Positions 19,164-29,677 are shown, counted from the stretch's first letter. The stretch is 64,000 bases of DNA from Promethearchaeota archaeon (GCA_008080735.1 SHMW01000010.1:1-64000); one strand, 5' to 3'. A program made the numbers and translations. The notes: generated from the sequence alone by a model not told the origin.

Positions 19164-19906
19164 AATTCGAAAACCTCTCCAAATTCAATATTTAAGTCTA
19201 AATAATATCTTCCATCTTCAAGATATTTTCTTTTAACACCCTTTTTATCAATCTTATCTTTAATAATATGCAAATATTCTGTTAAAACACCTTCATCATA
19301 TAAGATGTTCAAATCAAATGATATATCGAGGGTAAAAAAATTCAACCTCAGCTCATTTTTTTCTCTTATAAAAAAATTTAGTTTCGGATGGATGTTATGT
19401 TTATCTAGAAAATCTAATTCTGATTCGACTAAATCTTGCCTTTTGATTTTTAGCAAATATTTGGTTCTCTGTAAAAGAGAAAGCGACATTTCATCAACAA
19501 TAATAAATAGATCAATATCACTGTCGAGTTTTGCATGACCTCTGGCTACTGATCCAAATATTCCTATTGCTAATAGATTATCTTTCATATCTTCTTTTAA
19601 TAATTTTAAAAATTTTAATAGAAGATGGGCATAGCGCCCCTGTTTGAGCCAATCTAAGTGAAGTTGGTTAGCATAACTAAAGATATAAATTTGCGGAGAT
19701 AATAATCGATAATCGCGTTTTTTACCATTCTTTTGAAAAACAAATAGTGTGTGGGCTTTCTTCATCTCACTTAGATAATTGGATGTGTATTTACCCAATA
19801 ATTCTTCAGCATCATCATAAGTGAATATTGCCTCTTTATAGGATGACCATAGGATAGAATATCGTTTTCCAATCCATTTTGGCATCCAATCAAATGAATT
19901 ACCCAT
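19160..19906 (-). CDS. MNT-type nucleotidyltransferase with N-terminal wHTH-like extension
   Basis: IFGSVARGHAKLDSDIDL. Confidence 0.85.
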   Translation of the reverse strand: MGNSFDWMPKWIGKRYSILWSSYKEAIFTYDDAEELLGKYTSNYLSEMKKAHTLFVFQKNGKKRDYRLLSPQIYIFSYANQLHLDWLKQGRYAHLLLKFLKLLKEDMKDNLLAIGIFGSVARGHAKLDSDIDLFIIVDEMSLSLLQRTKYLLKIKRQDLVESELDFLDKHNIHPKLNFFIREKNELRLNFFTLDISFDLNILYDEGVLTEYLHIIKDKIDKKGVKRKYLEDGRYYLDLNIEFGEVFEF

Positions 19907-20019
19907 ATAATATTAGATAAGTAAATAGCTTATTTAAATAACTACAAGAAATTTTAATATTCACCAAATTTTTACCTATAAATTTTTCTTTTTTGCTTCC
20001 ACTTTTTTCGATCTTCAGC

Positions 20020-21735
20020 TTATAATAGTTTTTTTAATTCATTGAAATTCTTCGTATTGGCAACATTTTTCTTTTCTAACCATCCTCTTCTAGCGGTTGA
20101 AACACCTAATTCCATAAATCTTAATTGATCTTTGCTATGAGAATCTGTATTTATAGATATAAATAAATCATAATCTCTTGCATTCAAGCATCCTAAATCC
20201 GTCAAATCTAAGCGCTCTGGAAATGAATTTAATTCAATAAAGATACCCTTTTTTTCTGCCTCTTCAAAAATCTTAGTTAAATTTACTTCATAGGGTTCTC
20301 TCTTATTTAATTTACGTCCCGTTGGATGGCCGATAATGGTAACATAATCATTTTGCATGGCAGTGATGATTCTGTTTGTCATCTCCTTCTCAGAGCTTTT
20401 GAATCCCGAATGAATACTCGCAACTACTATATCTAAGTCCTTTAAAACTTCCTTTTTTACATCTAATTTGCCATCGGAATCAATATTTGCTTCAATTCCA
20501 GATAGAACTGTAATACCATCTAATTTATCATTAACTTTTTCAATTTCTTTCATTTGTTCACGAATTTCTTTATCACTCATTCCTTTTGCTATTTGAAGTA
20601 TTTTGGCATGATCACATATTCCCAAATATTTGTATCCCAAATTTTTAGCTTCTATTGCCATTTCTTCGACTGTATGGCTTCCTTCACTCCATTTCGTATG
20701 CACGTGTAGATCTCCCTTAATATCTTCCATTTTAATCAAATTTGGTAAGTTTCCTTTTAGAGCTGCCTCAATCTCACCTCTATCCTCTCTAAGCTCAGGT
20801 TGAATATAATCCAGTCCCAACTTTTCATAAATATCCTTTTCATTTTCCCCCGCAATTTTTTCATTGGTGTGTTTATCGATTAATCCATATTCACTGAGTT
20901 TCCAATCGTTATCAAGGGCAATCTTCCTCAATTTTATATTGTGTGATTTCGAACCTGTAAAATATTGGAGAGCGGAACCGAAGCTTTCTTCTTCAATCAC
21001 ACGTAGATCGATATGCAAATTTTCTTGGGCGATCACCGTACTTTTAGTGGTTCCCTTTGAAACAACTTTTTCAACTTGATCTAGATTAGTGAAAAAATCC
21101 ATAACCTTATCTGAATCAGTAGAAACCACCAATATATCCACATCTCCAATCGTTTCTTTTCTTCGGCGTATAGAACCAGCAAGATTAATCCGTTCAACTT
21201 CATTAAGATTAGATAATTGCTTTTCAATGTCTTTAGCTATGGGAAGGATATATCCCAAAAGAAAGCGTTCTTGATATTTCCGATACCTTTGTATATTTTC
21301 AAGTATGTTTTGCTCGGAAGTTTCTCCAAAACCCTCAATTTCCCGTATCTGTTCGCTTTTCGCTGCCTTTTCGAGCTCATCAACAGATTTAATTCCCAAT
21401 TCTTCATAAAGTTTCATCAGAGATTTTGGACCTAATCCTTGAATCTTCATCATTTCTTGGAGGGTTTCAGGAAATTTCTTTCTCAGCTCATTTAGATATT
21501 CTAACTCTCCAGTCTCGATTATTTCCTCGACTTTTTCTGCGATACTTTCTCCCACACCTTCAATATCTTGAAGTTTTTTTTCTTGATAATAGGTTTTTAT
21601 GTCCTTGGATAAAGTACTTATATTTTGAGCAGCATTCCTGTACGCACGAGGTTTAAATTGGACTCCTTTTAGTTCAAGTAAGTCGGCTATTTCAAATAGA
21701 AAGTTTGCAATTTTTTTATTTGACACATGACTCAT
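20020..21735 (-). CDS. polX: DNA polymerase X / PHP exonuclease
   Basis: AGSIRRRKETIGDVDIL, DLRV, YFTGSKSHN, LSEYG; PHP motifs HVHT, DH, HPTGR, TDSH. Confidence 0.95.
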   Translation of the reverse strand: MSHVSNKKIANFLFEIADLLELKGVQFKPRAYRNAAQNISTLSKDIKTYYQEKKLQDIEGVGESIAEKVEEIIETGELEYLNELRKKFPETLQEMMKIQGLGPKSLMKLYEELGIKSVDELEKAAKSEQIREIEGFGETSEQNILENIQRYRKYQERFLLGYILPIAKDIEKQLSNLNEVERINLAGSIRRRKETIGDVDILVVSTDSDKVMDFFTNLDQVEKVVSKGTTKSTVIAQENLHIDLRVIEEESFGSALQYFTGSKSHNIKLRKIALDNDWKLSEYGLIDKHTNEKIAGENEKDIYEKLGLDYIQPELREDRGEIEAALKGNLPNLIKMEDIKGDLHVHTKWSEGSHTVEEMAIEAKNLGYKYLGICDHAKILQIAKGMSDKEIREQMKEIEKVNDKLDGITVLSGIEANIDSDGKLDVKKEVLKDLDIVVASIHSGFKSSEKEMTNRIITAMQNDYVTIIGHPTGRKLNKREPYEVNLTKIFEEAEKKGIFIELNSFPERLDLTDLGCLNARDYDLFISINTDSHSKDQLRFMELGVSTARRGWLEKKNVANTKNFNELKKLL

Positions 21736-21797
21736 GAAACCACCAATCTATTATTTTGAAGGAGAGCAGATCTAATATAAGGCAAATTTAGAATAAC

Positions 21798-21830
21798 GCG
21801 ATTCTATAGGTTTACATTACTATAGAACGC
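21798..21830. promoter_or_regulatory. Inverted repeat upstream of polX (candidate operator)
   Basis: GCG(A)TTCTATAG-N10-CTATAGAACGC. Confidence 0.35.
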
Positions 21831-21886
21831 ATCAGTTTTTAAAGATTCTTTATATTATTTATTTGTCAGTGTAGGTGTCTAATTGA

Positions 21887-21900
21887 TTCTCTTAAGAGAA
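21887..21900. promoter_or_regulatory. Perfect 14-bp palindrome between divergent polX and DUF599 genes
   Basis: TTCTCTTAAGAGAA. Confidence 0.35.
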
Positions 21901-21977
21901 ATTCTTTGAATCAAATTTTTAAATTTTTAAAATCTTTCCTATTCATATAAATAAAATATGTATTTCTTGATTCATAA

Positions 21978-22607
21978 ATGAGTTTATTCGATGATATTGC
22001 TCTCATAATTTTTACATGTTGCTTCACTATTTTTATCTCGACTTTCTTTTATTATTTAAGGAAAAAGGAGAGACCTTCGAAATATAATGTATTTAAATTA
22101 ATTTATGATAACTGGGTTAAAAGCCGTTTGGATCAAGAATCACCTTTAACTGGAGTGCAGGCATTAAGAAATTTTTTAATGGGTAATTCTACCTTTATCT
22201 CCAGCCTATTTATTCTAATTGGTATATTAACGGGGTTTTTTGAGAATATAAGCCAAAATGGCGAATTGCTATTTAATATCCCCGGATTATCTTTAGGTAT
22301 TATTAAGTTCTCCTTAACAATAATAATGTTGATATTTTGTTTGTTTAATTTCATCTTATCTATACGTTATGCTACCAGACTTTCAATATTAATAACCGGC
22401 AAACCACGAGATTTTTCCATTGGGGATATAAAAGGATTTAAATTAACAAAACAAACGCTCGTGAAAGCCCAAAATCACTGGATGTTGGGGATTCGTAGCT
22501 TATTTTATCTCGCAACCTCATTTTTTTGGTATATTAATTCAATTTTATTTATTATCGTTAGTATCATTATAACCGCATATCTCTTTATCTCACATGACGT
22601 CATTTGA
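21978..22607 (+). CDS. DUF599-family membrane protein
   Basis: WV...GVQALRNFLMGNSTFIS, FILSIRY, GIRSLFY. Confidence 0.8.
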   Translation: MSLFDDIALIIFTCCFTIFISTFFYYLRKKERPSKYNVFKLIYDNWVKSRLDQESPLTGVQALRNFLMGNSTFISSLFILIGILTGFFENISQNGELLFNIPGLSLGIIKFSLTIIMLIFCLFNFILSIRYATRLSILITGKPRDFSIGDIKGFKLTKQTLVKAQNHWMLGIRSLFYLATSFFWYINSILFIIVSIIITAYLFISHDVI

Positions 22608-22683
22608 AATTGTTCACTATTAGTATTAAATAAATATAAATATGATAATAGAAATAGAGCTTTTAATCTGAAAATCGGATGAT

Positions 22684-23469
22684 TTAGATAATTAGAAAGA
22701 ATCGGATTAATGTAAATATTCCAATTGAGATAGATAAAAATCCGATAATCTTTTTTGCCTTTTTCTTGTCAAGTTTTTTTGTAAAAAGCGCTCCAATTGG
22801 GGTAGCTATTAACCCTGAAATAATCATAATAATCCCTAGTTCGATGGTAAGAAGGACTCGCTCACTAAAGGACTCGAAAATAACATACAATATAAATCCA
22901 TATCCAGAAAGAAACGCCTCGGAAAAGTCAGTAACCGCAACCGATTCTCTGGCATCTCTTCCAGAAGTTATTTGCCCAATCGTCATGACTGGGCCATACC
23001 CACCTCCGGAAATTGCTTTATTAAATGAGCCTATGCCGCTCAAAATGTACATTCGCTTCCAAGAAAACGTAAATTGAATATTAGGGAGCATTAATAGACC
23101 AGCAATAATTATGATTATTGCGATATAAAGCATCACGAACTCTTCTGTTAGAATCGTCGCCAGAAATACCGCTATAGTCATTCCAATTGAGCCAGTTATG
23201 ATAAATAATATCGTAGATTTAATATCTTCAGTTTTCCTGGAACTCAAATCCACATTTTTATATAATGCATGAAAAATTGTCACTGAAAATCCGGTTGTCA
23301 TTTGGGAAAGGAGCAACATAGGGACCACCACTAAGGGCTCTAACCCCAATGCAATTAGAATTGGTGAAAGTAATCCATATCCCATTCCTAGTGATCCATC
23401 CAAGAAAGCACCACAAAAACCAAGGATAATAACAAAAATTATGATACTCTCTAATGCTTCAGCTATCAT
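22684..23469 (-). CDS. TauE/SafE-family anion exporter
   Basis: FLDGSLGMGYG, FNKAISGGGYGP. Confidence 0.85.
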   Translation of the reverse strand: MIAEALESIIIFVIILGFCGAFLDGSLGMGYGLLSPILIALGLEPLVVVPMLLLSQMTTGFSVTIFHALYKNVDLSSRKTEDIKSTILFIITGSIGMTIAVFLATILTEEFVMLYIAIIIIIAGLLMLPNIQFTFSWKRMYILSGIGSFNKAISGGGYGPVMTIGQITSGRDARESVAVTDFSEAFLSGYGFILYVIFESFSERVLLTIELGIIMIISGLIATPIGALFTKKLDKKKAKKIIGFLSISIGIFTLIRFFLII

Positions 23470-23761
23470 TTTCTTTGCCTTTTAGACTTGAGATTTATAT
23501 TAATAGATTATTATAGATTTATGAAATACAAATAACTGTGAATTTTTCACTATAAAAAGACATGGTATCTAAATTAACGATAAATTTAAAATTTTTTGAA
23601 ATGTAATCTGAATAGCTGAAATGATGAAATTAGCCAAAATTAAAATATAATAAGAGGCGATGTAAACCTAATGAGAATAATAAATTCCTATATTAAGGCA
23701 GAATAAGAAAATTAAAAATTTAATTAGATTTTGTGGATTGGGATAGATGTGTGTGGACACT

Positions 23762-24430
23762 CTATAGACTTTCTATTATAAGATTGTCATTGATATTAAC
23801 TACGCCAGCGGTGAATTCTGTTGCATCCATGACTGCTCTATATGCGCTCCAATCGGCGACAGTTCCCGAAAGTGTGACCTCTCCATCTTCTACCTTTACA
23901 TCTACCTTTTCCGCATCTGCGTTGAAGTTTCTGCTAATTGAACCGACAATATCTTCGGCAATTTCCTTATCAATAAAATTTTCTGTTGGTACAATAGTTA
24001 ATTTATTTATAATGTCAAGCACTCCCGATACTCCTGAAGCGATGCTCTCTGTCCTTGTCTTTTTCCAATACGCATCTACAGATCCTTGTAATGTAACTAT
24101 TCCGGCGGTTACTGAAACTTCAATATCAGTAGCGTCTAAGCTGAGGTTTAGTTCTAATGACGTTTCAATGTTAGATTTTATTTCTTCGTCCGTAGGTACT
24201 GTAACTGAAGGAGGATAAATAACTTCTATTTGGTTCTCCACATCACGTACCCCTGAAATAGCCCACGCGTCAGCAGAAGCTGCGCCCTTTGCAGAATAAT
24301 TCGGCACTGAACCTTTCAGCGTAACTTTATCTCCGGTTACTTCTACTTCAATTTCAGATGCATCCACTCTAGAATCCCAATAGAGCTGGTCTACTATGTC
24401 CTTCTTAATTTGTTCTTCAGATACACTCAA
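23762..24430 (-). CDS. Triple BON-domain protein (OsmY-like), no signal peptide
   Basis: Three repeats of D.EI...I.V.V..G.VTL.G.V.......A....GV..V.N.[IL]. Confidence 0.9.
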   Translation of the reverse strand: MSVSEEQIKKDIVDQLYWDSRVDASEIEVEVTGDKVTLKGSVPNYSAKGAASADAWAISGVRDVENQIEVIYPPSVTVPTDEEIKSNIETSLELNLSLDATDIEVSVTAGIVTLQGSVDAYWKKTRTESIASGVSGVLDIINKLTIVPTENFIDKEIAEDIVGSISRNFNADAEKVDVKVEDGEVTLSGTVADWSAYRAVMDATEFTAGVVNINDNLIIESL

Positions 24431-24664
24431 AATTTACACCTCTTTTCCAAAAGGGTTATTGTTTTTGGATTCTTTCTATTTCTAGTATAAGAATCGAATA
24501 ATAAAAAAGTTGGATTAATAACTTATTTACACATTGAGGATTCATTTTAGTAGCGAAAAATTTTTTCAAAAATATATTAAAACTTATTAATAACTTCAGA
24601 GAAAAAAAAGAGAGGTTTTTATCCTATTAGAAAAACAATTTTATAGTCAAAATCGTTAATGTAA

Positions 24665-24856
24665 ATGAAGCCTATGAGTATGGATAATAAAGGATTGTCA
24701 ATTTCTTGTCCCGCATGCGGATACACATTCAAGCTCGCAGATGTAAATATGAAAAAAGAAAAGGTGAAATGTCCCGCCTGTGGATATGAAATCAAAAGAA
24801 AACCCTTAAGACCGGGAAAAACGGATAAACCCGATTTTGATCAACCGATTGTTTAA
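24665..24856 (+). CDS. Small zinc-ribbon protein
   Basis: CPACGY twice. Confidence 0.7.
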   Translation: MKPMSMDNKGLSISCPACGYTFKLADVNMKKEKVKCPACGYEIKRKPLRPGKTDKPDFDQPIV

Positions 24857-24873
24857 TAAGGAGGAAAAGAAGG

Positions 24874-25467
24874 ATGTCTTTAGAAGAATATAAAAAGAAA
24901 AGGAAATTCAATAAAACTCCTGAACCAAAAGGAGAAATCAAGAAGAAAAAAAAAAACTTATTTGTTGTTCAGAAGCATAATGCGAGTAATCTTCATTATG
25001 ATTTTAGAATAGAGTTAAATGGAGTTTTAAAGTCTTGGGCAGTACCAAAGGGACCATCACTCAACCCTAGTCAAAGGAGATTAGCAGTGGAAACAGAAGA
25101 CCATCCCATAGATTATGCCGAGTTTGAAGGAGTGATACCGGAAGATGAATATGGTGGAGGGTATGTAATAGTGTGGGATTTAGGCACTTTTAAAAATATC
25201 ACAAAAAAAGATGATAAGGAAATCTCACTAAACCAAGCATACGATGATGGCCACATTACTATTCTATTGAACGGAACGCGTCTTAAAGGCGAATTCGCAC
25301 TAATCAAAACAAAACGTGAGGATCAGTGGCTTTTAATCAAAAAAGGTGATTCTGAAGCGAATCGAGACATAAATATTATAGAAGAATATCAAGATTCGGT
25401 TCTTTCTAATAAAACTATAGATGACCTTAAAAAGGCAAAAAAAGGAAATCTTGACAAATTTTTGTAA
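24874..25467 (+). CDS. Stand-alone LigD 3'-phosphoesterase (PE) domain protein
   Basis: TPEP, FVVQKHNASNLHYDFRIE, SWAVPKGPS, RRLAVETEDHP, FEGVIP..YGGG, WDLG; AGGAGG RBS. Confidence 0.9.
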   Translation: MSLEEYKKKRKFNKTPEPKGEIKKKKKNLFVVQKHNASNLHYDFRIELNGVLKSWAVPKGPSLNPSQRRLAVETEDHPIDYAEFEGVIPEDEYGGGYVIVWDLGTFKNITKKDDKEISLNQAYDDGHITILLNGTRLKGEFALIKTKREDQWLLIKKGDSEANRDINIIEEYQDSVLSNKTIDDLKKAKKGNLDKFL

Positions 25468-25485
25468 GACACAATTAGGATTAGA

Positions 25486-27459
25486 TTATGTATTTTTATT
25501 TATATGGATTTCACAATCTTCACTATCGCAAAAAATTTGTCCTCGAGCTTGTTCTTTGACATTTTCCAAATATAAAGGCTTAAGATACTTTGATAGTCTC
25601 TGGTATTCTTCTTCCGAAATCTCCTCAAAAGGAGCTTGTTCATAGCCGTGTTCTTTTAAAGGGAGAAAAGAAATCGCTTTAAGTTCATCTTCAAAACTCT
25701 GTAGTAAATATTTTATGTCATTTTTCTCTTCATCTTTAAAACTAACCGTTACAGATACTTGATTATCTGACCAATATTTTTGATATAATGCGGCATTTTC
25801 TGCTTGTTCCCAAATAGATACATCTGCCTTCCCACGAGTGAAATATTCTTTTTTCACAGGGAATTCAATGATCATAGTGTTTTCAGAGTATTTGTCTTTT
25901 ATTACCTTGTAGCCAGCTTCTTTTGCTATCTTAACTAATTCAGAACCCTCTTGTACCCTTATTCTGCGTATATAATATTTCGAATGAGGGAAATGGATGC
26001 CATGAGACACACCGGGCAATAAACTTACTGTACCGCTTGGTTTTACCGTAGTAATTTTAATAGACTCTGGAACACATAACCAGTCTGAATAATTCTTATC
26101 AAGTTTTTTTAGATATTTATATCCTTTTTTACACCATTAATTCATTTTATTTTTTCCGTGTCTTGAAAAAGCTTCTGTTATGCCTGTCTGAGAGATACCC
26201 ATCCTACGATTTTTCAGCATTACTGCGTTAGTAACTTTTACTTTAGTGTTTACAAGAGTCACGGTTTTAGCATAAATATACGCATATTTTAGAGTCTCTT
26301 TAAATTCTTCCCAATTTTGATGCCGTGAAGGATAGGTTTCTGCCAAACAACAGAGTTCAAAAGATTCTAGTGTTTGTTCTCCACATGGATTCATACCCAT
26401 TGCGTTTTTATCTTTATAATCTGGAGGATCTATCATTCGCGAATATTTTTGGGCATTTTCTAACCAAAATAGACCGGGTTCTCCATTTTTCGCGATTTGC
26501 TCAGAAATAAAAGAATAATCCATACCTTTCTCCGCTATAATACTGTTATTACTTACCCATCGGTGAGATTTGAGTTTTTTCTGATTCTGCTTAGCCTTTA
26601 TAAAACTCTTATCATCTGGATTACCTAATCCAATTTCCGCACTCCTTCTTACCCCGCCCGCGACGACACACTTTCCAATTAAATTCATTATATCAAGAAT
26701 ATCCAAGGAATTTATAGGTTCTCCAATTCTTCCGTTTAGAATAATGTCAATAGTATTCAGCATATTCTCTAATGGTTCTGGACCCGATGCGGTTCCCCCA
26801 AAACTTTTGAGTGGTTCTCCTTTAGGACGGATCTTTGAATAATTAAAATCTGGTTGTTTTTCTCCTAAAAAATATGCATCTAACAACTTTTTAAGTGCTT
26901 TAACCCATCCTTCTCTATTGTCGGGAATAGTGAATCTAAATTTCTCGTTTTTAGGTTGTTTGATAAATAATTTACCCGCCCCTCTGGTGTCAAAACCCAC
27001 CCCTACACCCACCATTAGCGAGTGCATGAGAAATTCAAAAGCTTGGGTATATTTAACGTCAATATCGTTAGTAGAGACAAATCCACAATTATTTAATGCC
27101 ATAGAACCATGTTCTGCTATGAATTCCGTGCCCATAATCCAAAATCCTCTCCCTGGTGGTGTAAATTTGAAACACCATATTTTTTCATACATTCTTTGGG
27201 CGGATTTCCTTGCTTTTTGCTCATTCCACGGTAATCTTAAATCTTGACAATGTTCTTTCTGAATTGAGAAGCAACCTTCGACAACTCTCTTCACCGTTTC
27301 CCAATATTCTTCCTTTCGCGCCCTTCCATGGATATATCTCGCATAAGTTCGTTTATAGATAAAATATCCCAAAGGACCCCAATCGGGTTGCTTTCCTTTA
27401 TAATCCTTAAGGAAGTTTTTGTTTAGCTTAAAACAATTTATATCTAAATTATCAATCAT
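25486..27459 (-). pseudogene. nrdJ: Class II (AdoCbl-dependent, RTPR-type) ribonucleotide reductase interrupted by one in-frame TAA at 26139-26137
   Basis: PPGRG, NNC, RRSA, NPCGEQ; after TAA the same frame continues WCKKGY..ITTVKPSGTVSLLPGVSHG to C-terminal FCDSEDC. Confidence 0.85.
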
Positions 27460-27682
27460 TTGGATCCTTCCTAAATTCACCGATTACTTCTTAAAATGAT
27501 AGATAAAAATTCTCTCTGATTAACTTAAAGCTTATGATTATATTGTATTGATTTTAATGACATTTTTTAATCTGCCTCCTTTATGCTTAAATCTGGCTAT
27601 TGGCTGGTTCATATAATAATTAAGGGATTTCGTCTTTATTCTAATAAATTTAATGATAAATTTTTAAAATTCTTTAATCATT

Positions 27683-29140
27683 TTGGAAAGTATGAACGTG
27701 AAGAAAATTGATGACAACATCTACGAAATACCAGCTCATAAAATTGGGAACTTCGAGATGAAAGTACCAGTTAAAATTTACGCTAATAATTATATACTTG
27801 ACAAAATCAAACAAGATAGGACGCTAGACCAAATTAGTAATGTTGCTACCTTGAAGGGAATCAGAAAGCACGCAATTGCTCTTTCCGATGCACATCAAGG
27901 ATACGGATTTTGTATCGGAGGCGTTGCGGGAACTGACGCAGAGTCCGGTATGGTAAGTCCTGGAGGAGTCGGATATGATATCAATTGTGGGGTTAGGCTC
28001 TTAAGAACCAATTTGTATGAAAATGATGTAAGAGACGTCATTGAAGATTTATTAGAGAGAATATATAGAAATATCCCAAGCGGTCTCGGTTCGGAAGGAA
28101 AAATTAATATTTCTTATTCAGATCTAGACAATTTAGCTGATAATGGTCTTAAATGGGCATTAGAAAATGGTTATGCAACAAAAAAAGATTTAGAACATGT
28201 TGAGGAGAATGGATGTTTAGAGGGTGCAAATTCAGATTTAGTGTCAAAAAAGGCAAAACAAAGAGGTATTGACCAAGTAGGTTCACTCGGGAGTGGAAAC
28301 CATTTCCTAGAAATCCAGAGGGTTGACAAAATTTTTAATAGGGAAATCGCAAAAAAGGTTGGCATATTAGAGGAAGGACAAGTCACGGTGATGGTACATA
28401 CGGGAAGTAGAGCATTTGGACACCAAGTGTGTACGGATTCATTGAGAATGGTTGAAAAAGCTATGAAAAAGTATGGAATTGAAGTTCCAGACAGAGAATT
28501 GGCTTGCGTTCCCGCAAATACTAATGAGGCGCAAAATTACCTAAGCCAAATGGCTTGCGCGGCTAATTTTGGTTTCTGCAATCGACAACTGATTACTCAT
28601 TGGCTAAGAGAATCATTCGAGCAATTTTTCAAAAAAGATATGAATGAATTAGATTTAAATCTTATCTATGGAGTGTGTCATAATATTTTAAAGATTGAAG
28701 AGCACAAAGTAAATGGCTCTAAAATGAAACTTAACATCCACCGAAAAGGTGCAACAAGGGCTTTTCCTGCGGGACACCCTGAAATTCCACAAGACTACAG
28801 AGATATCGGACAACCCGCATTAATACCAGGAACTATGGGTTCAGCCTCATATTTGTGTGTAGGTAAGGAAAAAGGAATGGATTTATCATTTGGTTCAACT
28901 GCTCACGGTGCTGGAAGGGTAATGTCGCGGAGGAGTGCAGATAAAAAATGGCCTGCTCGTAATGTGTTAAATGACTTGTCTAGTCGTGGTATTCATATAA
29001 AGGCTGCCAATATGAGAGTTGTCGCGGAAGAAGCTCCTGGGGCTTATAAAGATGTAGATCAAGTTGTCCAAGTGAGTCATGATTTAGGGATAGTAGAAAA
29101 AATCGCTCGTTTCAAACCTATTGGGGTTGTTAAAGGATAA
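27683..29140 (+). CDS. rtcB: RNA-splicing/repair ligase RtcB
   Basis: DAHQGYG, GYDINCG, GNHFLE, HTGSR, HRKGAT, STAHGAGR. Confidence 0.95.
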   Translation: MESMNVKKIDDNIYEIPAHKIGNFEMKVPVKIYANNYILDKIKQDRTLDQISNVATLKGIRKHAIALSDAHQGYGFCIGGVAGTDAESGMVSPGGVGYDINCGVRLLRTNLYENDVRDVIEDLLERIYRNIPSGLGSEGKINISYSDLDNLADNGLKWALENGYATKKDLEHVEENGCLEGANSDLVSKKAKQRGIDQVGSLGSGNHFLEIQRVDKIFNREIAKKVGILEEGQVTVMVHTGSRAFGHQVCTDSLRMVEKAMKKYGIEVPDRELACVPANTNEAQNYLSQMACAANFGFCNRQLITHWLRESFEQFFKKDMNELDLNLIYGVCHNILKIEEHKVNGSKMKLNIHRKGATRAFPAGHPEIPQDYRDIGQPALIPGTMGSASYLCVGKEKGMDLSFGSTAHGAGRVMSRRSADKKWPARNVLNDLSSRGIHIKAANMRVVAEEAPGAYKDVDQVVQVSHDLGIVEKIARFKPIGVVKG

Positions 29141-29145
29141 TTATT

Positions 29146-29586
29146 CTATAATTCTAACGAATTAAGCATTTCTTTTCTTTTTATATCTTTTTCTAATACA
29201 TTTTTAATGGTTTTTCTAAAATTCGCATTTAAGTGAATAGGATTTTGCTTTACATAAATCTGTTTCATATATTTTTTTATAAATTGAAACTTGATTTCTA
29301 AAAGGATTTCGGTTGTCTCATTTGATTTTGTTTTACTAGTACATTTAGCGACGATAAAGTTTTCAGTAAAATCATCCTTTATAAAATAGAAGCAATTTTT
29401 CCTGACTTTTAAGCTATTTATCCCATTCTCCCCCGTTTTGAGTTCAAAATTTTTTAGAGCAGAAAACAGATTAGCTAACATAGAATAATTTAGTTCCCTA
29501 TTCTTTTCTTTGGAGAGATTATAGGAAAAAATCGAAGTCCCTCTTTTATTGATTATATATATACCCTCTATACCTTTCATTACCAA
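29146..29586 (-). CDS. Longin-like domain protein
   Basis: GIYIINKRGTSIFSY ... MLANLFSALKNF, an Asgard longin-type pattern. Confidence 0.6.
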   Translation of the reverse strand: MVMKGIEGIYIINKRGTSIFSYNLSKEKNRELNYSMLANLFSALKNFELKTGENGINSLKVRKNCFYFIKDDFTENFIVAKCTSKTKSNETTEILLEIKFQFIKKYMKQIYVKQNPIHLNANFRKTIKNVLEKDIKRKEMLNSLEL

Positions 29587-29677
29587 CTCTCTTAATTAGT
29601 AGTCCTATTTGTATTTATATATTTCCCCAAATTAATCTAATGCAAATCGATCATTTAAATCTTGCATTTATACTTTT

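Noticed and set aside
26137-26139. RNR interruption as intein, intron, frameshift or alternative genetic code
   Set aside because: No inserted sequence or frame change; TAA is the normal stop in most other genes of the window
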